DNA of 64,000 bases from Nitrosopumilus sp. (GCA_965204345.1 OZ241981.1:1056001-1120000); one strand, 5' to 3'. Shown: positions 38,440 through 49,380, counted from the stretch's first letter. Notes: generated by a model not told the origin, from the letters alone. Numbers and translations: made by a program.

Positions 38440-38770
38440 TCATCTCCATAATCTCAGACATTAAGGCTTTTGCAGTATTAGGCTCTAAAGGCTTTTGAAT
38501 AAAAGTGGAAACTAATGAAATGCCTTTCATTCTGGTACTAATTCGTTCAGCTGTAAGTTTTAAAAAAAGGGCTTCGGATCTAGAGGGAATAATGGTAGTA
38601 GTAATAGGTGTAGGTCCAGTAGCTAAAGATACAACCATGGATCCTAACTTGTTAGAACCTTCAGTAACAGAAACAAAATATCCATTTTCAAATTTTTGAA
38701 TTTGTAAAGAAAAACTGCGACTCTCCAAACTTACCATTTTCTGGAAAAATCCATTTGGAGAGGTCAACAA
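38426..38770 (-). CDS. hypothetical protein
   Basis: 114-aa ORF coupled to the UbiD gene. Confidence 0.7.
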   Translation of the reverse strand: MLTSPNGFFQKMVSLESRSFSLQIQKFENGYFVSVTEGSNKLGSMVVSLATGPTPITTTIIPSRSEALFLKLTAERISTRMKGISLVSTFIQKPLEPNTAKALMSEIMEMIENE

Positions 38771-38784
38771 GCTATGAACAAATC

Positions 38785-39255
38785 TTATGCTTTTATTGCT
38801 ATTGATTCACTAGTCTGGGAAGATACAACTTCAGTATTCTTCTTGCAATTCTTTGCATGTTTATCTGGATAAACAAAGAGTTTTTCACAATATTTGCATG
38901 GAGATTTTTCTTTAGTTTTTGCTTTGGATTTTATTGTTTTAGATTTAGCAGTTTTAGCTTTGGATTTAGCTTTGGATTTAGCTTTTGATCTGACTGCTAT
39001 TTCTTCAACTTTTGATTCAATTCCAGTAGCTGCTGCAGCTTCCATAGAATCAGCTTCAACTCTAGCGCGTAATTTTGCTTTGTATTTCAAATTACGTGGT
39101 TTTGTTCTTAATCTATACCCACAACATGGACACCAAAGTCCTTCCCATTTGATGAATATTTCACAAATTTGGCATCGACGTTGTCCAGAAGCGTATCTTC
39201 CAGTGCCAACAGGCTTTTGAGCCTTATATCTAACACAAATTCCTTTACAAGTCAT
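38785..39255 (-). CDS. Cys-rich Zn-binding protein with AKSK low-complexity tail and C2HC finger
   Basis: Same N-terminal domain as 8132-8347; KAKSKAKSK tract; CKYC..H...C. Confidence 0.85.
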   Translation of the reverse strand: MTCKGICVRYKAQKPVGTGRYASGQRRCQICEIFIKWEGLWCPCCGYRLRTKPRNLKYKAKLRARVEADSMEAAAATGIESKVEEIAVRSKAKSKAKSKAKTAKSKTIKSKAKTKEKSPCKYCEKLFVYPDKHAKNCKKNTEVVSSQTSESIAIKA

Positions 39256-39605
39256 CTTGGTACCATATTATAGAATTCATAACTATATAAGCATGGATCG
39301 ATAAAATCTATATAAAATTGTAAGAAAAGTTGAAAAAAATAGATCATATATGCCGATTAAAATTATTATTTTCAAATAAAACCATAAAATCATCAATAAA
39401 TATGTATAGCTTATTTCAAAACAATATTTTATGAAAAATTAACAGGTAGTAATATAGTTGTTTGATAAATTATTTCATTTTTTTAAAAGAAAATAATGAA
39501 AAATTAGAATATTCTCATACTTTTACTATTATTAGCCGAATACAAAATTAGAAAGTTTCTAAAATAGACTTAGGTTTAATCATTTTTTGTCATAATAAAC
39601 AAAAT

Positions 39606-40259
39606 TCATCCCGTAATTGACAAAGGAAGAATTGAATGTCTGTATCCATCCCGCTGAGAAATATATTTTGCAGAGAGCATATCACGTTTGCCTCCTTGAT
39701 TAAAATTTTTAATCTTTAAACTAGTTTTTCTTTCATCTACAAATTCTAGTTGAAATGATGAACAAAATTTTAGATTAAGCATTGTTACAATTTGTTTTGC
39801 AATAGCCATATTTCCATTTCCAATTTTTAGAATTCTTCTTTTAGCTCTGAGTCCGCCTAAAATTTGGATTATATGTAAAACTAATTTTTCAATTGAGGTG
39901 TGAACTGAGCTTTCAATTTCTGCTCCATAGTAAAATATTGATAAACCCATTCTTTGCCCAGGATCAATGCCCAAAATCAAATCTTCTTCTTCAAAATCTA
40001 GACCAATTTTTTGCAATATTATTCCTCTAATTACAGTGGGATGATATTGAAGAATATCATCATGAAATAAAATTTTCTTACATTTTTGAGGTGATTCTTT
40101 TTTGGTAGTAAATACTAGATGTCCGGAATAATCATGAATTTCTTCAGGTAGAATAGTATCAAAAGATAGATTAAGAGACTTGAGATATGTTGAAAATTTA
40201 TAGTATGGCTTACCATAAGCTGTAGCAAGTCCAATACGGAAATTTTGTAGGGGATCCAT
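39606..40259 (-). CDS. hypothetical protein with a YqgF/RNase H-like C-terminal domain
   Basis: ILGIDPG..MG, IGNG, VDE..TS, D..SA. Confidence 0.75.
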   Translation of the reverse strand: MDPLQNFRIGLATAYGKPYYKFSTYLKSLNLSFDTILPEEIHDYSGHLVFTTKKESPQKCKKILFHDDILQYHPTVIRGIILQKIGLDFEEEDLILGIDPGQRMGLSIFYYGAEIESSVHTSIEKLVLHIIQILGGLRAKRRILKIGNGNMAIAKQIVTMLNLKFCSSFQLEFVDERKTSLKIKNFNQGGKRDMLSAKYISQRDGYRHSILPLSITG

Positions 40260-40289
40260 AACTAATAAAATGAAATATGGGATTTAGGT

Positions 40290-40625
40290 TTATGCTTTCA
40301 AAACAATTGACACCACATGTTTGACTGCCTCATCAAAATTAGTATCAATTCTAGATTGGATTTCAGATAGTTTTGCATCGCCTTCTTGAGCTATTTTTGC
40401 AGATTCAGCAGTTGCTTTATCTTTTGATGCATTGATAGCCACTTCAGCTTCTCTAGTAGCCATTTCTCTGGTTTTCTCCAACAAAATATCAATTTCTGAT
40501 TGAGTCTTTACAGATAGTTGTTTTTTTATATCCCCAACTTTACTGTTTAGGGAATCTAGATCATCCTCCAAAGCATTCAAGGATTTGATGATTCCCGTAA
40601 CTTTGGATTCGGCAACACTGCTCAT
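40290..40625 (-). CDS. coiled-coil protein (A/V-ATPase subunit H/G-like)
   Basis: Ala/Glu/Lys-rich helix ending EAVKHVVSIVL. Confidence 0.6.
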   Translation of the reverse strand: MSSVAESKVTGIIKSLNALEDDLDSLNSKVGDIKKQLSVKTQSEIDILLEKTREMATREAEVAINASKDKATAESAKIAQEGDAKLSEIQSRIDTNFDEAVKHVVSIVLKA

Positions 40626-40698
40626 TATACTCCAAATCTAATAATCCCATTACTTAAATCATTCATTTTTAGGCACAAAAATGAGATATTTGTGGATT

Positions 40699-41043
40699 TT
40701 ATCCTGAGGTTAAGAGCAAAATGGCTCTTGCCAGATCGCCTTTAGTTTCTTCTAAAGCACCTTTTGCCTTTTCTTCATCAACACCTGCCTGTTGACTGAC
40801 TAGCTGAATATCTTCTTCTGAGAAGATTGGAACTTCTAGCTCTTTTTCTTCATAACCATCTGCTGTTACTGTAAAAATGGAATTGTCTTTTGCCTTCATC
40901 TCAGTCACAGAAGGCTTGGAGATAATAATTTCTTTTTTGTCGGTTTTAATTATTACTTCTTGAACATTGGATAATTCATTCATATCCAGACCCATCTTAT
41001 CCATCATTCTTCGCATTTCGCGATTGCCTCCTCCCCGCATCAT
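40699..41043 (-). CDS. nac: nascent polypeptide-associated complex protein
   Basis: MRRMMDKMGL, EEDIQLVSQQAGV..EKA..AL...GDLARAIL. Confidence 0.95.
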   Translation of the reverse strand: MMRGGGNREMRRMMDKMGLDMNELSNVQEVIIKTDKKEIIISKPSVTEMKAKDNSIFTVTADGYEEKELEVPIFSEEDIQLVSQQAGVDEEKAKGALEETKGDLARAILLLTSG

Positions 41044-41519
41044 GATTTTATTTCCTCATTACGACTTTTTAAACTATCCCTGACTTTGATGGCCACGCCT
41101 CTATTAAGATCAGATATCATTGCCGAGGATAAGATTGCCCTGCCAACAGCGATGACTTGATTTTTAAATAAAACGGGAGTATCTGCGGCAACCTGAATGT
41201 TTTTTCCACAGGATACCACATGTTTACAAAATACTGATCTGCCTTGCTCAACAAAAGGGGCAGCATCTGCATTGATTTCCACGCAATTTTCTTTGAATTT
41301 CTTATTTTTCAGTAACATCTGAGCAAAATGAGTACTAATGGCCAAACTTCCATCAATGCGTAAAGTGCATAGTAATTTTTCTTCATGTGAAACTGTTCGT
41401 ATTCTACCAGTCTTTCGTGAAAACGTCATTTCAATATCTTTTGGCAATAGTTTTGATGTGCCATTTCCAAACAATGCATCAAGGGAACACCGAAGTTTTA
41501 GAACATGATCCATAGGCAT
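41040..41519 (-). CDS. PUA-domain protein (archaeosine tRNA-guanine transglycosylase C-terminal-like)
   Basis: SRKTGRIR, GRSVFCKHV, AVGRA, GVAIKVR. Confidence 0.85.
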   Translation of the reverse strand: MPMDHVLKLRCSLDALFGNGTSKLLPKDIEMTFSRKTGRIRTVSHEEKLLCTLRIDGSLAISTHFAQMLLKNKKFKENCVEINADAAPFVEQGRSVFCKHVVSCGKNIQVAADTPVLFKNQVIAVGRAILSSAMISDLNRGVAIKVRDSLKSRNEEIKS

Positions 41520-41604
41520 AGTAAAATTTTATCTAAATATTAGTTGAATGTTAAACCATATTAGAAGAGCTAAACTATATAGAATAATAAATATCATTTA
41601 GATT

Positions 41605-42651
41605 ATGGAGGATGGAGAGGAAACACGAAAAATCCAATTTACTGGAAAATCATCATACATAGTATCATTGCCAAAACAATGGGTTATGGAGTTGGGTCTT
41701 AAACAGGGAGATCAGGTTAGAATGGTTAGAAAAGACTCATCAACATTAGAATTGTATCCGCCAAAATTTGAATCTAGAATACAGAAGAAAGAAGATGCGG
41801 TAATAGAAATCAAAGATGGTGAAGAAGCATCCTCAATTGTTAGAAAATTGATTTCGTTGTATTTTTTAGGATTTAAGACAATTAACGTAAAGCCAAAAAA
41901 TGGTAGATTAAGTGCATCCCAAAGAAATACAGTGAAAGGAGCTGTAAAGCGAATGCTAATGGGCTCTGAAATCATCGCAGATTCAAGCGGAGGAATCACA
42001 GTCCAGGTTCTCGTTAATCTATTAGAACTATCAGTAGATGGGGCATTCAAAAGAATGATTCATTTGGCAAAATCAATGTCAAGTGATGCAATTCTAGCAG
42101 TTAAGGAAAATAATGAGGAACTAGCACAAGAAGTAATCAATACGGATGATGAAGTAGACAGGTTTGGATTTTATATTATTCGTCAATTAAAGATAGCAAT
42201 ACAAAACGAGCACATGTTAAAAGAGATGGGATTTAGAAATGCCAGAAATTGTCTTGGATACAGGCTTGTCGTGAAAAATATTGAAAGAACAGGTGATCAT
42301 GCCGCATTTATTGCAAAAGATCTTTTAGAATTTAAAAAGCCTGTAAAAAAAGAAATTTTGCAAAAATTACAAGATATGAATGAATTTTGCCTGTCTGTTT
42401 TAGATGAATCATGTTTGGCATTATTCAAAGAGGATTATAATCAGGCTGAGAAAAATATTGCAAAAATTAATGAAGTTAGCAAGTATGAGAAAAAAGTAAC
42501 AGATGCGGCAAAATCACTAAAAGATGACGAAGAGATTTACAGAGTCAGAAGAATGACTGAAAACATTAGAAGAATTTCTGAATATGCCAGTGATATAGCA
42601 GAAATAGTTTTGAATATGAATATTGAAAAAACACTCAAAAAAACAGAATAA
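41605..42651 (+). CDS. AbrB-PhoU phosphate uptake regulator
   Basis: RKIQFTGKSSYIVSLPK.W, DDEVDRF, ERTGDHA. Confidence 0.92.
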   Translation: MEDGEETRKIQFTGKSSYIVSLPKQWVMELGLKQGDQVRMVRKDSSTLELYPPKFESRIQKKEDAVIEIKDGEEASSIVRKLISLYFLGFKTINVKPKNGRLSASQRNTVKGAVKRMLMGSEIIADSSGGITVQVLVNLLELSVDGAFKRMIHLAKSMSSDAILAVKENNEELAQEVINTDDEVDRFGFYIIRQLKIAIQNEHMLKEMGFRNARNCLGYRLVVKNIERTGDHAAFIAKDLLEFKKPVKKEILQKLQDMNEFCLSVLDESCLALFKEDYNQAEKNIAKINEVSKYEKKVTDAAKSLKDDEEIYRVRRMTENIRRISEYASDIAEIVLNMNIEKTLKKTE

Positions 42652-42704
42652 TTGGGCAAAAACAGGTGCAATGAAATTTATTCATATTCCAGGAATGAAA
42701 TTAA

Positions 42705-43823
42705 ATGAATTCTGCAATTTTAATCACATATGATAAAAAAGACTCAGTAAATGAGGCTAAAGGATTGTGCGATGCGGCTGGATACGAAATTATGCATGTT
42801 ATCAGAGAGAATTTTTTACAGAAGCCAAAATACGGAATTAGCGGGGGGGTATTAGAGAAATTAGAGGAAATATCAGAGAGATTAAGACCGGATGTAATCA
42901 TATATGATGAAATTCTAAAACCTAGTCAAAATTATAATCTTGCAACAGTCCTTCACAGAGAGGTCTTAGATAGGGAAGCATTAATTCTGGAAATCTTTGA
43001 GAGTAGGGCATCAAGTGCAGAATCAAAATTACAGGTAAAATTGGCACAGTTAAGATATGAGATGGCTAGGGCAAAAGAGAAGGTCCGACTTGCAAATATG
43101 GGCGAACAGCCAGGATTTATGGGAATAGGAAAATTTGAGGTTGATGTGTACTATAATGACATCAAGCATCGAATGCAAACAATAAGAGCTAAACTTGACA
43201 AAGCTGGAAAACAAAGAGAATTGCATAGACAGGGAAGAAAGAGAATGGGATTTAAGACAATATCACTTGCAGGATATACCTCTGCAGGGAAAACCACATT
43301 GTTTAACAAAACAACTGGAGAAACAAGAACACAAAGTAAAAAATTGTTTACAACTCTTACTACAACTACTAGAAGAGTAATGATTAATCAGGAGCCATTT
43401 TTAATTGCAGATACAGTTGGATTTATCAGCAAATTGCCTGCATATATGATTGATGCATTCAAATCAACATTGGAAGAGTTAGTACATACGGATCTAATCA
43501 TTGTAGTAATTGATATTAATGATTCAATTTCGGAATTAAAAAAGAAATTTTCAAGTTGTATGAGAACATTAAGTGAGTTGGGAGTTAAAAAGGACAAAAT
43601 CTTTTACGCTCTAAATAAATCGGATTTATTAGAAAAAGGGCAAATTGAGGAGAAAATTGATATCTTAAACCTGACTGAAAATAAGAAATTAATTTCAGTT
43701 TCTGCAAAAACAGGAAAAAATGTACAAGAGTTAAAACAGCTAGTCAAAGAAATAATAGACAGTCAGAGTTTTCATAGGCCTAAAAGTTCGTGGGAAGAGG
43801 TTGAGGAGAAATTTGGTAATTGA
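42705..43823 (+). CDS. hflX: GTPase HflX
   Basis: [36 protein letters not shown]. Confidence 0.95.
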   Translation: MNSAILITYDKKDSVNEAKGLCDAAGYEIMHVIRENFLQKPKYGISGGVLEKLEEISERLRPDVIIYDEILKPSQNYNLATVLHREVLDREALILEIFESRASSAESKLQVKLAQLRYEMARAKEKVRLANMGEQPGFMGIGKFEVDVYYNDIKHRMQTIRAKLDKAGKQRELHRQGRKRMGFKTISLAGYTSAGKTTLFNKTTGETRTQSKKLFTTLTTTTRRVMINQEPFLIADTVGFISKLPAYMIDAFKSTLEELVHTDLIIVVIDINDSISELKKKFSSCMRTLSELGVKKDKIFYALNKSDLLEKGQIEEKIDILNLTENKKLISVSAKTGKNVQELKQLVKEIIDSQSFHRPKSSWEEVEEKFGN

Positions 43824-44346
43824 GGTAGTTAGAATTGGACAGCGTGTAGTAAGGGATGATAGGGTAACAACACATGTTGCGCTTGTCTCAAGGGGGTTTG
43901 GTGCAGAGAGAATTTACATGACAGAAGTTAATCCAGAAATCAAAGATACCATTGGAAAGATCAATAAAACATGGGGAGGAGATTTTAAAGTGGAATTTAT
44001 CGATAGTTGGAAAAGTACCGTAAAAAAGAAGAGGGAGGAAAAATTTAAGATTGTTCATCTCTCAATGTATGGTGAAAATATCAATACAATGCAAAAGGAA
44101 CTGCAAGGGGAGGAAAATTTGCTAGTTGTTGTAGGCGCAGAAAAAGTTCCACGTGAAATTTATGAGTTGGCCGACTATAACATAGGGGTCGGAAGTCAGC
44201 CACATTCAGAAATTAGTGCCTTGGCAGTTATTTTAGACCGTATACAAGGCGGTCAACAGTTTGAAAAAGAATTTCCAAACGCAAAAAGGAAGATCATTCC
44301 TACCAAAAATGGTAAAAACGTGCAGGTAAAAGAAACAAGGGATTAA
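43801..44346 (+). CDS. trm56: tRNA (cytidine-56)-2'-O-methyltransferase
   Basis: [36 protein letters not shown]. Confidence 0.95.
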   Translation: MRRNLVIEVVRIGQRVVRDDRVTTHVALVSRGFGAERIYMTEVNPEIKDTIGKINKTWGGDFKVEFIDSWKSTVKKKREEKFKIVHLSMYGENINTMQKELQGEENLLVVVGAEKVPREIYELADYNIGVGSQPHSEISALAVILDRIQGGQQFEKEFPNAKRKIIPTKNGKNVQVKETRD

Positions 44347-44372
44347 TAGTAGAAAATCAGGAGTGATTAGAG

Positions 44373-44888
44373 TTGGTAGATAAATACGAAGATCCTTTTG
44401 TCAGGATTGCTTCAATGATTGGCGGGGATGAATATCTCAAGGTAGCAAGATCCCTGCTAAAAGCTGAGGATGCTACAGATGAAGAAATTGCAAGCTCAAC
44501 AGGTCTCAGAATTAACATGGTGAGAAAAGTATTGTATGATCTATTTGGAAAATCACTCATTACCGGAATCAGAGTCAAAGATGAAAGAAAAGGTTGGTTT
44601 GTCTACAGATGGAGGACCAGAAGGGAAGAAGTTGAACATTTTATTGAAAGTCAAAAGAAGAAGATTGATGAAAGGTTACAGCAACGATTGGATTATGAAA
44701 ACGCTTCAGATTTTTATCATTGTGGAAATGAGGATTGCCCAAGAGTGACATTTGAAAATGCCCTTGATGGCATGTTCAAATGCCCATCATGTCAAAATGT
44801 ACTTAATCTGAAAAAGAATGACAAATCAAAAAAGGCATATCAGAAGAAGATTGATGAAATCAAAAAAGATATGCAGCAAACATTTTAG
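44373..44888 (+). CDS. tfe: transcription factor E alpha
   Basis: TDEEIA, VRKVLY.L, GWFVYRW, Zn ribbon FKCPSC. Confidence 0.93.
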   Translation: MVDKYEDPFVRIASMIGGDEYLKVARSLLKAEDATDEEIASSTGLRINMVRKVLYDLFGKSLITGIRVKDERKGWFVYRWRTRREEVEHFIESQKKKIDERLQQRLDYENASDFYHCGNEDCPRVTFENALDGMFKCPSCQNVLNLKKNDKSKKAYQKKIDEIKKDMQQTF

Positions 44889-44941
44889 GCAGATTCAAAA
44901 CATGTTACTAAAATAAATAGACCGAATTTATAGAAATATTC

Positions 44942-46333
44942 TTGAATCAAATATCCACTGTAAATCCATCTACAGGCGAAGAAATTAAAACATTTTCAGC
45001 TATGGATAAAAATCAAGTATTTGACTTGGTGAGAAAAGCAAAAAGAGCATATCCGGAATGGAAGAAAGATTATGAAAAACGAAGAAGCTATATCTACAAT
45101 TTAGTAGAGTATCTAAAGAAGAATAAGACAGAGCTTGCAAAAGTTGCTACAACTGAAATGGGTAAACCACTCAAGGAATCAATCGGAGAGGTTGAAAAAT
45201 GTGCGTGGGCATTAGAATTTTATGCAGATCATGGGGATAGTTTTCTGTCTGATGAAGTATTAAACACAGATGCAAGGAAAAGTTTTCTAACTTTTGAGCC
45301 ACTTGGGGTTATTGGCTCTATCATGCCATGGAATTTTCCATACTGGCAGGCACTAAGATTTGCAGCTCCCTGCCTAATGGCAGGAAACGTAATTGTCATG
45401 AAACCCTCAAGAGTCACGATGCAGTCAGGCATTGAAATAGAAAAAGCGTTTACTGAATCAGGAATGCCAGATGGGATTTTTCAGACCGTAGTAGGAAGTG
45501 TTGATTCAGCCAATCACTTGATTGATTCAGACGTTAACGCTGTGACATTTACCGGCAGTACCAATGCAGGGGCAAAAGTAGGACAAAGAGCTGCCAGCAA
45601 TTTAAAAAAATGTGTTTTAGAATTAGGCGGAAGTGATCCTTTCATAGTATTAGATGATGCAATTATAGAAAAAGCAGCAGAAGGAGCTGCCAAAGGAAGA
45701 TTCATCAATTGTGGTCAAAGCTGTGTAGCATCAAAAAGATTTTTTGTTGGTAAAAATATTGCAGAAGAGTTTATTGAGGTATTTATTAAAAAAACATCAG
45801 AACTCAAGGTAGGAGATCCTTTGTCTATGGATACAGACATAGGACCAATTTCAAGTGAGGATGGATTAGAAACAATATCGGATATCGTCGAAGATGCAAA
45901 ACAAAAAGGTGCTGAAATTCTTTTGGGCGGTTCTAAAATAGATGGAAAAGGATTTTTCTACAAGCCTACAATTCTTACAAACATCAAGCCAGACATGAGA
46001 ATTGCAAAAGAAGAGACATTTGGTCCGGTGGCACCAATTACAATAGTTGAAAATGAAAGTGAGGCAGTAAAGTTAGCTAATCAAAGTGAATTTGGTTTGG
46101 GTGCCAGTATCTGGACAAAAGATCTTGCCAAAGCAGATAAAATGTCAAGAAGAATTGAATCGGGAATAGTCAGCGTAAATAATGTCGTAATTTCTGATCC
46201 AAGAATTCCGTTTGGTGGAATCAAACACAGCGGGTTTGGAAGAGAATTGTCAAGATATGGAATGTTGGAATTTGTGAATCTAAAATCAGTTAGATTTTAT
46301 GATAATTTGATACATCACCACTATGTAGAATAA
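44942..46333 (+). CDS. NAD(P)-dependent aldehyde dehydrogenase, succinate-semialdehyde dehydrogenase type
   Basis: IMPWNFP, FTGS, LELGGSDP, NCGQSC, EETFGP; candidate succinyl-CoA reductase of the 3HP/4HB cycle (inference). Confidence 0.9.
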   Translation: MNQISTVNPSTGEEIKTFSAMDKNQVFDLVRKAKRAYPEWKKDYEKRRSYIYNLVEYLKKNKTELAKVATTEMGKPLKESIGEVEKCAWALEFYADHGDSFLSDEVLNTDARKSFLTFEPLGVIGSIMPWNFPYWQALRFAAPCLMAGNVIVMKPSRVTMQSGIEIEKAFTESGMPDGIFQTVVGSVDSANHLIDSDVNAVTFTGSTNAGAKVGQRAASNLKKCVLELGGSDPFIVLDDAIIEKAAEGAAKGRFINCGQSCVASKRFFVGKNIAEEFIEVFIKKTSELKVGDPLSMDTDIGPISSEDGLETISDIVEDAKQKGAEILLGGSKIDGKGFFYKPTILTNIKPDMRIAKEETFGPVAPITIVENESEAVKLANQSEFGLGASIWTKDLAKADKMSRRIESGIVSVNNVVISDPRIPFGGIKHSGFGRELSRYGMLEFVNLKSVRFYDNLIHHHYVE

Positions 46334-46348
46334 GAAAATTTGAAAATA

Positions 46349-46630
46349 TCATTCTTCTAATTCATCTTCTTCTAGTTCGTCATCATCGCATTCCTCTAGC
46401 TCAACATGGGTCGGATTACCATCATCTCCAAAGAAAATTTCAATACAAATGCCAGTAGCTAAAGTTGAGACCAGAATATCGATTAGTTCCTTGGGAAAAC
46501 CGCCCAGTCTGCTTGGATTAGAAGAATATCGATATGTGGTTAATTCCTCATCATGATAAAAATCAACTTCAATGTCTCCGGTAGTAAATTTTCTTACAGT
46601 TTCTACCTGACCAAACGTGCTGTGTGACAA
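46349..46630 (-). CDS. small acidic hypothetical protein
   Basis: 93-aa ORF with an Asp/Glu-rich tail. Confidence 0.7.
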   Translation of the reverse strand: MSHSTFGQVETVRKFTTGDIEVDFYHDEELTTYRYSSNPSRLGGFPKELIDILVSTLATGICIEIFFGDDGNPTHVELEECDDDELEEDELEE

Positions 46631-46632
46631 AG

Positions 46633-47190
46633 TTAATTTCCCTGCTCAGAAACATCCTTGATGAGATTTTCAGCTAGTTGTTCATAATATCCTCGGGTTT
46701 TTCCAAGCTCTCCAAGTTTAGATTTTTCAATTTCTCCAAGTTCTTTGTCAACTTTTCCTGAAACATGTTGTAACCTCGCCTCGGCCATCATAAACAGTCT
46801 GTTATTCTCTTTCCACAAATGTTCAGTAATGTGTTCAACATATTGCTGCATATCACTGATCAGTTTTGCTGAATCTCCAGATGAAAGATATTCCTTTGCA
46901 GAGGCCTCCATTGCAGTGCCAATTTCTCGCGAACGTTGATGATCAATTAACATCATTGCAATAGGACCCATGTTGGGAGGCAAACCGGCTTGTTCTAAGG
47001 CAGGAAATAATGATTTTTCTTCTTTGCTATGATGACATACATCAGTAAAGTTTTTTGAAAAATCAATTACAGGCAGCAGTATGGATTCGGGAATTTGTTT
47101 GCCATCACTTAACAATTCAATAGTAGACTGCATGGCTTTGATTACTTTTTCTATTAATTCATGATCACGTCTTAATGATATAGTGGACAT
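46633..47190 (-). CDS. hemerythrin HHE domain protein
   Basis: DH, HHSKEE..LFP, DH, HLWKEN..LF. Confidence 0.92.
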   Translation of the reverse strand: MSTISLRRDHELIEKVIKAMQSTIELLSDGKQIPESILLPVIDFSKNFTDVCHHSKEEKSLFPALEQAGLPPNMGPIAMMLIDHQRSREIGTAMEASAKEYLSSGDSAKLISDMQQYVEHITEHLWKENNRLFMMAEARLQHVSGKVDKELGEIEKSKLGELGKTRGYYEQLAENLIKDVSEQGN

Positions 47191-47288
47191 GTAAATTTTA
47201 CAGTAAATCCAATATCTATATCTTGTTCATTCTAAGAAAAATAATTAAAAGATAGAAATTAGTTAACGATATTTCGTTAACAATGGAT

Positions 47289-47510
47289 CTAACGATTGGA
47301 AAGGCTTTTTGATTTTACAAATGCCCAAATCTTTTTAGTCATTTCACTTGGTGGAATAGGTTTCTTGCCAAATACCTGTTCGACAGTTTCAGTACGCCCT
47401 GCAAAACTAATTGCATATCCGCCAAATGCTGGTTTTTTAGATTTTGATTTGGTTGCCTTCTTTTTTGGTGCAGATTTACTTTTTGGTGCAGCTTTCTTTT
47501 TTATTGCCAA
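47289..47510 (-). CDS. SWIB/MDM2-domain small basic protein
   Basis: Lys/Ala-rich N-terminus, then VFGKKPIPPSEMTKKIWAFVKSKSL. Confidence 0.8.
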   Translation of the reverse strand: MAIKKKAAPKSKSAPKKKATKSKSKKPAFGGYAISFAGRTETVEQVFGKKPIPPSEMTKKIWAFVKSKSLSNR

Positions 47511-47546
47511 TTTCTTGTAATTTTATTTCAAAGAAAGTATAATAAC

Positions 47547-48203
47547 TTACACCTTGAGATAATTCAAAACCAGATGATTTTTGAGCCTCTTGATTGATTT
47601 GAGTCGCAGATTGGGGGATTCTGAAATTTTATCAAATCCTGCACCCTGAATAAAGGATATTGCATCATTTCCACCAATAAGAAACGGTGAAAGAGTGACA
47701 ATCATTTCATCAAAAAGGTCTTGTCTTACAAATTCCCAATTTACGGTTCCTCCGCCTTCAACAATGACGGATTTAAAATTTTTCTTTGATAATTTTTTTA
47801 AAAGGGACTTGATGTTTACGGTATTTTTTCCAACAGTAATTATCTCAACAGGGAACCGGTTTAATGTTTGAAGATTTTTTTTAGTAATGGCTTGGGATAC
47901 AGCTATAATTGTAGGAACTTTATTTGAAGTTTGTAACAATTTTGAATTTATGGAAATTTCACCTTTGGAATCCAGTATTATCCTAACAGGGTTTTTTCCT
48001 TTGGTATGACGTACAGTCAACAAAGGATTATCCTTGATTACAGTATTTTTTCCAACAATAATTCCGTCTGCCTTACTTCGTAGTTTGTGCAACCTAGCAA
48101 GATCTTTAGCAGAAGATAGTTTTGAATTTCCTATTCTGGTAGCAATCTTGCCATCAATAGATATTGCTGCACTCAGAATTACATAAGGCCTAGAGTTTTC
48201 CAT
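47547..48203 (-). CDS. 2,5-diamino-6-ribosylamino-pyrimidinone 5'-phosphate reductase (RibD C-terminal / Rib7 type)
   Basis: RPYVILSAAISIDGKI, DNPLLTVR, VEGGG. Confidence 0.92.
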   Translation of the reverse strand: MENSRPYVILSAAISIDGKIATRIGNSKLSSAKDLARLHKLRSKADGIIVGKNTVIKDNPLLTVRHTKGKNPVRIILDSKGEISINSKLLQTSNKVPTIIAVSQAITKKNLQTLNRFPVEIITVGKNTVNIKSLLKKLSKKNFKSVIVEGGGTVNWEFVRQDLFDEMIVTLSPFLIGGNDAISFIQGAGFDKISESPNLRLKSIKRLKNHLVLNYLKV

Positions 48204-49380
48204 AAACTAACTTTCCTCCAATCATTACGGCTTTAATTGCAGATTCAGATGCTCTATGGACAATTGATGCGTGTGGATTATGCATGGGTTCTAAATCTAA
48301 TGCATGTTTATCTAGAAAAATACAATCTGCAAGCTTGCCGGACTGAATTAGTCCAATTTTTTTATTCAAAATCTTCCCGCCATTTACAGTAGCCATCTTA
48401 AGAATTTCTTTTGCATCGATTCGTTTTCTATGAATGCCCATTGTAACTTTCCAAATAAAATCCATTTCTCTAAACATGTCAGGGGAGTTAATCATCACGT
48501 TATCTGTGCCTAGAGCTAGGGTACAGCCGGATTTCTGCATTAGTTCAATATCAGGAATGCCTTCAGCAAGTGACGAATTAGCTCTAGGACAGACCACCAG
48601 TCCCCTGGTTTTTTTGGATGCCATTTGCAGATCAGATTTGGAGGCATAAGTCATGTGAACCAAAAAGTCGGGTCTTAGGGATAACGCTCTTGCAGTTTCA
48701 GATTTTCCTGTAATTTTTTTGGATTTTGTAGTGCTCTGTTTGGTTTCAGCTGAATGTATCGCTTTTAATTTTGATATTTTTGAATAGTGATTTAGTACTG
48801 AAATGCTGTTTTCGTTTGCACCGCTAACGCCAATTCCATCACATTTTTTTAATAATGACAAGAATTCGCTAGATTTTGTTCTTGGAAAAGACGAATTTTT
48901 TTGGATTTCTTTGGTATTTTGATAGAATTCCATACGTCCTAAAATAATACAGCGTATTGGAATGTCAGATAATGCTTTTTTTAGTAGAATCACGCCATCT
49001 AATCCACCCTCCCGAAAATCAACAAAAGTAGTGATGCCTTTTCTAATCATTGAATAACACGTATTTTTCATAAAATTTCCTAGGTTTTCTTCAGAAGTAT
49101 GTTTGAGAATTTTTGATTTAACGCCAAAAACCGGGTGAATTTTTTCATCAACCGTATTGTTTAAAGAAATATCTTTTCCAATTGAATCTCCCACATGTGT
49201 ATGAGCATTGATAAAACCGGGAATCATCAATAGTCCTTCACAGTCTAAGGAATCCTCTTTTGGAGTTGATTTGATTTTGGAATTAATTTTCTGAAATTTG
49301 TTTTTATGAATTCTTACATCAGTACTTGAAACAAAATCTAAATCCTGTCCCAATAACGCACTGATGTTTTTGATTAGCAT
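48190..49380 (-). CDS. metal-dependent amidohydrolase/deaminase
   Basis: PGFINAHTH, IHSAE, VHMT, CPRAN, LGTDN. Confidence 0.88.
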   Translation of the reverse strand: MLIKNISALLGQDLDFVSSTDVRIHKNKFQKINSKIKSTPKEDSLDCEGLLMIPGFINAHTHVGDSIGKDISLNNTVDEKIHPVFGVKSKILKHTSEENLGNFMKNTCYSMIRKGITTFVDFREGGLDGVILLKKALSDIPIRCIILGRMEFYQNTKEIQKNSSFPRTKSSEFLSLLKKCDGIGVSGANENSISVLNHYSKISKLKAIHSAETKQSTTKSKKITGKSETARALSLRPDFLVHMTYASKSDLQMASKKTRGLVVCPRANSSLAEGIPDIELMQKSGCTLALGTDNVMINSPDMFREMDFIWKVTMGIHRKRIDAKEILKMATVNGGKILNKKIGLIQSGKLADCIFLDKHALDLEPMHNPHASIVHRASESAIKAVMIGGKLVYGKL

